Shown: in pieces, positions 54,923 through 64,000 of the stretch
Layout of the letters: each line of letters begins with the position of its first letter
How positions within the stretch are numbered: position 1 is the first letter of the stretch
Assembly (NCBI RefSeq): GCF_009914755.1
Contig: NC_060934.1
DNA length: 64,000 nt
Strand: one strand, 5' to 3'
Source of the DNA: the human T2T-CHM13v2.0 reference genome, Homo sapiens
Program-made: the position numbers and the translations under genes
Notes under the pieces: generated by a model
Databases searched by the model: none
The model's input: only the letters and a program-made list of their open reading frames with translations
Told to the model about the DNA's origin: nothing

Positions 54923-55512
54923 CACCAGAGAAAGCTTTGTGCATTTCAGGACTTATGGTTAGATTGGGTCAACCCAAATAATCTCCCTTTTTCAAGATCA
55001 CCTGTACTATATAACATAACAGAGCCATGGCAATAATATCTTTTCATAGTCACAGGTTCCAGCATGGAATCTTGAGTGCCATTTTTAGAAATTCTGTCCA
55101 CCACAGGTACATCTCTACAGAAAAATAGTTTTCCGCTCTGTCTCCTCCTTCACGTACCATTCTCCTGAGCGTTCTTCAGAAGGATACTGATATCCCTAGG
55201 CAAGGAATCCTGGGAAGTTGAATAAAAGTAGACAAAGTAACAGAAGCAGAGGAGACATCAGATAAAAACTGGGATTTCTCAGCAATTTTCTTGAGTTAAC
55301 ATCATTGAAAAATAGGAGCTTCTGAGGTTGAACCAAACCCAAGTTCTGAAGTATCTCACTAAGACTGAAGAGGAATGTATACCAACTCATAGTTTCCTTG
55401 AATTAGACAGAATAATTTCACTGAGCTGCTAGATTATATAATAAAGTCTGCCAAGCCCCATTTGATTAGAGTGAGCACTCACCATTTGTCCATGGACTGT
55501 TAGATTGATAAG

Positions 55513-56129
55513 TGATACCAAACCAGGCTTATTCTGCCCACACACAGCAAGCCAATCACTGATATGAGTTTTACAAAAGGGAGTTTATTCATGAGGCAGC
55601 CAAGTGAGGAAATGGGAGAACATGTCTCCAGTACATCTCCCTGAAGATGGGGTTTTAGCGATATTCATGGGATAGAGGATTAAGGTGGTCCAGGCATGGG
55701 GAAAAGTGATTGGCAGTGGGGAAAGATGATGTAATCGATGGTCTTTGCAAGTGTAGCTGGGGGTCATGACTCTTCATAGGACGCATGTTCATTAGCATGA
55801 TCTGAGGAAGGAGTTTTGTCCCTCTAATGCCAAAAGATAACCTTTTAGGCATTTCTGCAGGCCCAGTTGAAGGGTCGGTGGTCTCAATCAGTTGAAACCA
55901 GACAAGAGCTGTCCCCCAGCTCCCAAAAAACAAGTTAAAGCAACCGTTACCATAGTGACATACACATCAGATATATTATCTGTAAGGAAGCTAGTGAGAG
56001 TTGAGTTACATATTGTTTGGCTACATGACTTTTAGCTATAAGGGTTTAAGATCAACTAGAAGTAAGCAGTTAAAAGCAAGCAAGGCAGGTTAATTTTGGC
56101 TAGCTTAATCAGGTCAGCCTTCAGTTTCA
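55513..56129 (-). mobile_element. ERV1 MER4-group solo LTR
   Basis: tgatacc...gtttca termini; tttatt (AATAAA on minus) at ~55584; flanks taag/caag. Confidence 0.7.
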
Positions 56130-56377
56130 CAAGGACAAGAGTACACAGTTATTGAGAAGACTGATAGGCAAGAAAGTTCTTAATTAAAACAAGATGTTAA
56201 TTTCTTTATAGATTGATTTATATTTTTTTCTTAATTACCCATTTATATTAAACTATATAACACAGTTTGTCATAGCTAAAGGTGAAAAAATTCATTAAAA
56301 TCTTCCATGTGCTGTGGGCAAACAATACCTTCACAAAACACAGGATGAAAAGTATCTAGGCCATCATTCCTGACTGT

Positions 56378-56500
56378 ACTCATTCATTTTTCAGTAAGTG
56401 CTGAGCACTTACCATGTGTCAGACACTGATGTGGGTATGAGAGAGACAGCAAAGAACAGAATGTGCCCAGATCCTGTCTTCACGAGATTTACATTCTAGG
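56378..56500 (-). mobile_element. L2 3' end
   Basis: actcattcatttttcagtaagtgctgagcacttaccatgtgtcagacactg. Confidence 0.65.
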
Positions 56501-57863
56501 GCCCTGAAAAGTGCGCTGCTGCACAGGTGTTCCTGGGCATGAGAAGCAAAGCTGCTTCCTGCAGAATAGTGACTCTGCAAGAGCAGAGCCCAAGGCAGAC
56601 ACCCATCTCATGCCTGAGATCATGTGTCAGGGCCAGAGCTTGGTCAGAGTGAAGATTAAAAACGAGCTACTATCCCTGGTATACGTAAGAAGTGATTTAT
56701 TGCCTCCTGCAAATTCCAGAGTCCACCTGAGCCTGTTCTGGGAAAGTGGATACGTTCAAACAGGAAGACTTAACCTAGAGACTCCAAGGTTTATCTAGGG
56801 GATATAGGCACTCCATATCATTTAAAATATGTAACAAAATTTTTCTTTCATAGGACTTTGGGTAAGATAGTGCAATTTGAGCACAGGGTTTAACTGCCTT
56901 TCTCTCTATTAATTCCATTGGAAAGATTGATAGGTAATAAAAACAGGGGAAATTTTCATCAGGCCTGTGTTTCTATCAAAAGTGAAAAAAATAAACTGAG
57001 GGATTTCTAAATTATACCTTATTTCCATCCAGGGGAAAATAAAGAGGCATGACTGAACCTCCAGAGGGGCATCAATAGGCTGATAAGGCATAGTCAAAAA
57101 GAGCATTTGTTCATATACAAACCTCACAGTGAGTTTGGAATAGCTTCCTGGCTGATTGGGATTTGCAGATGCCCAGAGAATGTACTGATGAAGGAACAGT
57201 TGTGAAGTGCCATTGTGAGCAGAGCCCAGGAGGGAGAAGAATAAAGAAAGTCCCTGCCCCCAGGAAGAAAGCACATTTGCTCTTCTGAGACTGGAGTATG
57301 TCCCCAAGAGGGAGGTTAAAAAAAAAAACCTCTCCATAGTTACCGCAATAGAAAGGGCAAGGACAGGAGGCAACATCAGCCTCGGGCAGCTCTTTTTCTT
57401 CTTGACATGGGCAGCCAGTATTTAAAAACAACTGCACTAAGTTCCCTCAGGCTCATGAGCTTGGAGAAAGCAGCCAGTGCAGCCAGCCCAGACTCGTCCT
57501 TGATATAGTTAATGGCAACAGAAGCTATCACCCAGCACACACTGCATATATCTCGTTTTTGTCCCATTTAACAGATTATAAAACTGAAGCACACACACAC
57601 AACAACTTCCCTGTAGTACAAAGTTACAGAGCTAGGATTCTAAACACAACAATTAGATAAGGTATCATTTAGAAATCCCTAATAGTGAGTTATAGAGCTA
57701 GGATTCTAAACAGAGCAATTAGACTGCAGAGGCCAAATTCTTACTGATTATATCATATTACCTCTTTCAGGAAGAATGTTGGGCAATGCTATGACTTTTA
57801 GCCAGGTACAAGCAGAAGTGATTGAACAAAGCTGGCTGCATGCTACTCCCCAGTCGAAGATAA

Positions 57864-58453
57864 TGAAGGGGAATATGTTACCCCAAAATATTCCACTTTG
57901 GTTTATGGATAATTTTGAGCTGAAGGCAATTGCGAATCAACAGATGCAGAAGGAAGCCTTCTTGGAGCTTCCCTTATCTGACTAAAAGCAGAAACTTCTG
58001 AGAAATGAGGACCACCATAAATCCTTTCTCCAGGGAAGTTTTATGGTCACGAAAAAGATGGAAAGTCAGCACCAAGGTGAGTCTGCCCAAACCTCCCTAA
58101 AATAACACTTATCTTCTGTTAGTTCTGTCATATATTTACCTTCACAAAATTTACTGCCCCTAAAAGCCCAAAACTCCCCTTTCCTTTATGTAGTCACTTC
58201 CCCACAATTTTTCACCTTTTGTTTAAATGGTATATAACTTTACAATTCTACCCAATACTTTGGGTTTTCCTTGCTTGTTGCTGTTTTGCTGTTTTTGTAA
58301 AACCCTATACTTGTAAAAATATTAACATCAATAATATTTGTATGTTTTTTCTCCTGTTAATTTGTCTTTTGTCAGCTTAATTTGCATACCCCAACCACTA
58401 AACCCAAGAGAGTAGAGGAAAAGGGGAAAGTGTTTATTTTTTTCTCCGCTACA
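57864..58453 (+). mobile_element. ERV1 solo LTR (MER34-like)
   Basis: tgaaggggaatatgttaccccaaaatat...ttttgagctgaaggcaattg...tttttctcctgttaatttgtcttttgtcag...ctaca; flanks ataa/atag. Confidence 0.82.
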
Positions 58454-58533
58454 ATAGGAAGAATCACGGAGATGATACAATCCTGAAAGAATTTCACAAG
58501 GTGGTAGCTTCCTCCCCATTCTTCTCGAGCTGA

Positions 58534-58872
<339 letters not shown>

Positions 58873-59569
58873 TAATTTTCTAATGGATTTCATATTAGTT
58901 ACCATTTTGCTGACAGACAATACCAGCTAATTTCAGAATTTGGGCTCTAATGGTGAGCAAACCTAGGGAAATCACACTTCTTGGGAAGATAGTACTGGAG
59001 AGTTAAGAAGAGAATCTCTGCCTGTGTCTGGTGTTTTAAACAAGGGAAGTGGCAATCCCAGATGGGGAGGAGAGTGTTCACCAAGGGTCATACTCACTTG
59101 ATCACGGCAGTGTGTTTTCTGATGCCACCTGGGAGGGCACTGGCAAATGGAAATGTGGAGGGATATATGGGATCTAAACTTTAATCATGAGGGTGAGACA
59201 AACACATCTGGTCTCCATTGCCCAAGGAGGAAACAGAATGGATAGAGACAAGAATGCAGGGGCAATGACCCTTCCTGGCTCTCAAAAGCAAGGTATCCGC
59301 AGCCAAGCTGTTTCTGGGATAAAAGGAGAGATCAGAACTGAACCACCCCTGGGTTCAAGTGCCTGCTTCCTGTTTATTGCAAGAGTAAACTACAGCAGTT
59401 GCTGAGTCACAGACTATTCCGTCACATGGAGATTATTGTTACCTATCTACTGCATTGGTAGAATTTCATAGGAATAAAATGTAATGGGTATGTCAGCCTG
59501 GCAAGTGCTCGTCATGGACACACAGACTCATTCTTATGCTCACCTATCCCTGTTTATTCTCCACACATT

Positions 59570-60118
59570 AGCACAACACCTAATGTAAACTTTTAAAATC
59601 ATGAACAGATTAATGCAGTTTCCCCATTTCAACCCTTCAATGACTTGCTATCACCCAGAGAACAAATTCACCATTTTCCCCACAGTCTACATGGTCTGCC
59701 CATGGCTGATGTTCCAACCTCATCTTTAGCACCCACCCCCCACCCCCGCTTTGTCTCCTGGGCTTCAGTCCCACTAATGGATCACTGCCACTTCACTTGC
59801 CAAGAGTAAGCATAACCAGGGCCTTTGCATGTGCTGTTCCTTCTTACTCAAAGCCCTTCTCCAGATATTTACATGGTTCATTCCCTCAGTTCATTAAGGT
59901 CTCTGCTCAAAGGACATGTCTCAGAACATGCTTCCCCGGTTTATCAAAAATAACCATCTTTTATGCTTGATCTCCTTACCCAACTTCAGTCTCCTTCTGA
60001 AACATTACATTATATATTTATTTATTCATCTTTTGTCTCTTTTTTGTAACACACCATGGGTTCCAGTCCTCTCTATTCCAATGCCCAAATCAGTGCTGGC
60101 ACATAGATAATAAATGTA
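59570..60118 (+). mobile_element. L2 3' region
   Basis: cagggcctttgcatgtgctgttccttc...tctctgctcaaa...cagtgctggcacatag. Confidence 0.7.
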
Positions 60119-61169
60119 AGTGATCTTTGCCTTCCTGCTTTCATTCCCTATCCTCTCTGAATGAGACTACAGAATCTCATTCAGAATATATGAGAATCAG
60201 AGTTGTATTTTTATAACTAAAGGAGTCTTGCTCCCTCTCCTACTATTATAGGCACCACCACCTTCGCCTATGAAACCCACATTAAGAGTGCATTCTCTGT
60301 TCACTTCCTCTTCTGTGTCCTTACAGCATGGAGCTTCCTGAGCTCTGCAACCACGTCCTCTGCTAGGGGGAAGCTGGAAGGAATCAATTGCTCCCCGGAA
60401 CTGCCTGCTTCATCTTCAGATCTCCTGCTGCATCTCTCTAGTAAGTGCCTAAGCGCAGCTGTGTGCTCTGCAGCCAATGGCTGGTATCCTTATAGGCACC
60501 TGGAAAGCTTTATGAGCCTTTATGGCACTCGATACATAATAAATAATAATATACTCCAAGATGATCATTCTATGACTGCTGCTATAATGAACCATTCAGG
60601 GGGAAGTAATAACCATGAGCAAATAGAAAAGCAAACAAAGAAACAATATGTTTTGCTGGACCTAAAATGAATCTAGGAACACAGAGAGATTCATCAGAAA
60701 TTGAAATATTTTGTTGACAAAGGCATGGAGATAATAGGTGTGTTTAAATGTGCCTTTTTCTGAACAGCTCCACTGTGGTCTGCCAGCACACTGTTCTCCT
60801 GACCTCACACTCATGGAGGTGGCACAGGGGGACAGGGGAAGAGAGGAGACAAGCGTGGTCTCCTCGTCATAGTTTGTGACCTGAAGCCATGAGTCCAGTG
60901 AAAGCTAGTTTTTCTCTGACTCCAACAGGCCAGCAGTTGGGCTCTCAGAAATGAACAATAATGAGGTATGTGATCCTTTAACAGAACCTAGTCAATAAAT
61001 ATATCCTATACTACAATAACTCTTTTTTCAGCTCCTGTACTGGTCAGAGGGACTTGAGGTACAGTGTTTTACAGTCCTTGTCCCATTGAAGGAATATTGC
61101 TGATGTCTGAATGTTTAATAGCAATAAAACACAAGGTGCCAAAGATCGGATTCTGTTAAAAACTAATGG

Positions 61170-61620
61170 CTATACTGTATAATTCCATTTATAGAGCAAC
61201 CTTGAAATGAAAAAGTTACAATAATGGAGAACAGATCAATGGTTACCAGGGGTTAGAATCAGAGGAAGAGTGTGATTATACAGATATAGCAGCATGAGGG
61301 AGTTTTTTTGTAGTGCTGGAAGAGTTCTATATCTTGATTGTGGTGGTGTCAACAGAAATTTATACATGTGAAATTCCACAGTACTGCATATCATCATCAA
61401 CATCACCACCACCAACAAAAGCTGATAAAAGTCAAATAATTCCTATGGTTTAATTAATAGTGTTGTAACACTACCGATTTTCTGGTTTTGAAAATGTTAC
61501 TCTTGTATATAAGATGTTGTCATTGGGGAAAGCTAGGGAAAGTACACACAGGAACTTCCAGTATTATTTTTGCAACTTCTGTGAGTCTTAAATTAGTTCA
61601 AAATAAAAATTTGAAAAAAA
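61170..61620 (+). mobile_element. L1MC/L1MD-like 3' end
   Basis: tactgtataattccattta...atggagaacagatcaatggttaccaggggttag...tttttgcaacttctgtgagtct...aaataaaaa. Confidence 0.75.
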
Positions 61621-61759
61621 ATGCAAAAAAAAAAAAAAACCCTAATGGATATATTCCAGTTCTGTGTCCTTTGGAGTAACTATGTTTTTGTTGTCTTTCC
61701 CATTGCTGTGACTACGCAATCAGGAGAGAATATATGGAGGAGATATTTTAGGACAATGA

Positions 61760-64000
61760 AAAGCAAATAGTAGCAAATGGGTTGGAAAGAAGACCAGAAT
61801 TCAAAGCATCACCACATGGTGGTGAGTTTATGCATTTTTTCCCTATGTTATCCTCTAGGCTGAATGCAATTCAAACTGAAACCAAGAGGTGGTCATTGGC
61901 ACAAACAGAGAGGCCTCCAGGAAAAACTCTCCCATTCTGGCTCCAGGAGGTGAGAAAGGAACTCTGAAATCTCAAAAGGAATGTGGAAATCCTCTGTTGT
62001 CAATGTTGTGTTGCTGTTGTTTATCCTCCAAGTAATATCACAGCAGTAGTGGCAGAAGCCTCGCTATTCAGTGGGGTTGGGAACCCAGGAGTGTAGAGAG
62101 AGCTACCATTGCCTTTTTCCTCATATATCATCCTTCCACTTGACCCCAGACAAAATGTAGTCATGGAAGTGCATGGCAGGGCAGAAAAAATAAAGTCACA
62201 ACACTTTCTCTGGAGGACCAAAAAGAGGAGTGCTAGGGACCCTTTGGAGTCTGTAAAAAGCCACTGGATATACTTTACCTGAGAGACTGTGAAAAGGGAG
62301 GACACCAAGAAGACATCCCCCATAAAGTAGTTTAAGAAATCCTGGGTTCACTTTCAGTCTGCACATGCGTGGATCTGATTCTACTGAGCATATAAAGATT
62401 TAGAGGACAGAACTAATAACGAGATCATTGACCAAGTCTCAAATCCACCACAGGGTGGCACACATGTGGGCAAAATCTGAATAGCACTGTGAGGCACTGA
62501 GCAGTGAACTGAGATTGAATTCACAGCCCACAGAAGGCAAGTTGAAACTTGTAGTCTGAACTTATTCAGGTTGCCTTGCCACTAAGAGAACCATATCAAC
62601 ATTTGCCATAGAATTTAGATAAGAACCAGAGTACAAAACATAATATTCAAAATATCCAGGAATTAAGCCAAAATTACTTGCCATGGGAAAAAAAAAAACC
62701 ACAAGAAACTTTCAGTTTGCATGAGAAAAGACAATTAACAGTCACAAATGTCAAGATGACACAGATGTTGGAATTACCTGATAAAGACTGCAGAGCATCT
62801 ATTATTCGAAGGGCCTGAGAAGCAATAGTAAACACTCTTGAAAAAAATGGAAAAACGGAAGGTCAACAAATAAATAACATATAAAAAGAAGAATCAAATA
62901 GAAATTTTAGAACTGAGAAGTATAGTAACCAAAATGTAAAACTCACTGGATGGGCCTATTAGCAAAAACAGAGAGGGAAAAAATGAAGAGAGCCCCAGAG
63001 ATCTGTGTGACAATAATAAAAGATTAAAATGCATGTCATTGGAATTTTAGAAATAAAGGAGAATCTTCATAAATATAATAGGCTATTTTCCTCTTCTCTA
63101 GTTTTTAAAATTTATTACATGTTTGAAGCAAAAATTATAACATTCATCTGATAACGTTTTTAATGTAAGTTGTTGTAATATGAAAACTATAACATAAAGG
63201 AAGGAAGGTAAGGGGACCTATGTGATGTTAAGTTTTCTATATAATGTACTAAAATTCTTAGAAGTTTACAAAAAAAGAAAGTGTATATATTTTAATTATA
63301 AGAGCAGCCAGTAATAAACAGATAAAGTAAAAACCATAATAGATCAATTAAAACAGAATAAAAGAAACTTAAATGTCACTCAATGAAAACAAAAAAGGAG
63401 AAACAAATGACAGATAGAAGTGACAGAAAGCAGACAATGAAATAGTAGAGTTAAATACTAATCTGTTAATAATAATCTTAAACACAGCAATTAAGAGAAA
63501 TTTTCAGAATGGATTTTTAAAAATTACTCAACTATACGCTGTCTACAATAAACTCACTTCAAAGATAACAAAATAGGTAAATGAAAAGAAAAAGGATAGA
63601 CAATTATGTCCCATGCAAACATTAACCCACAAAAGCCTGATTGGCTATACTAATATGAGAAAAGGATAGTTCAGAGCAGAGAAAATTACAGGGAGTCCTT
63701 GCATATGAAATAACAATAACAATCCTACACGCATGTGTATTTAACAACAGAGCTTAAATATGCAAAACTGACAGAAATTAAAGGACAAATACAAACATTT
63801 GTGATTATATTAGGAGATTTCAATATATCACTTAGTAATATAGAGAACTAGAAGGCAGATAGTCAGCAAGGACATTGAAGAACTGAATAAAACTATCAAC
63901 CAATTGCATATAATTGATGTTTACAGAACACTACACTCAATGACAGCAGAATACCCATTCTTTTTAAGTCCACATGGTACATTTACCAGGATACTCCATA
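61760..64000 (+). mobile_element. Ancient L1M 5' region, ORF1 remnant and start of ORF2 (runs off the window)
   Basis: aagatgacacagatgttggaatta..., aatcaaatagaaattttagaactga (ORF1), ggagatttcaat (GDFN-like) and tttacagaacactacactcaa (EN). Confidence 0.7.

Noticed and set aside
56909-57376. 155-aa hydrophobic minus-strand ORF in apparently unique sequence
   Set aside because: Non-ATG (TTG) start, no recognisable family motif; hydrophobicity follows from the T-rich strand

Overview
Primate (human or great-ape) genomic DNA, AT-rich, CpG-depleted and dominated by transposable elements. I see no host protein-coding exon, CpG island, rRNA, tRNA or CRISPR array, and most ORFs in the track are chance or repeat-derived frames. 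The left half (1-36 kb) is LINE-rich. It holds nested old L1s, a full-length decayed L1PA5/6-like element (13.3-19.5 kb, minus) with an open, extended ORF0 homologue, an ERV-L pol/integrase/dUTPase fossil (24.8-26.5 kb), and a young L1PA3-like 5'-inverted (twin-primed) insertion whose inverted arm keeps an uninterrupted RT-core ORF (31.1-34.3 kb). The right half (36-58.5 kb) has about ten LTRs in both orientations, including a deleted provirus with a tRNA-Lys-type PBS whose LTR carries a 3'-truncated U6 snRNA retrocopy plus an unexplained AT-rich tail. I find no support for a genuinely new biological system; the best leads are these retroelement structures and a few candidate enhancer motif clusters. 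Subfamily names are from recalled consensus sequences and need Dfam/RepeatMasker confirmation; boundaries of old repeats are approximate.
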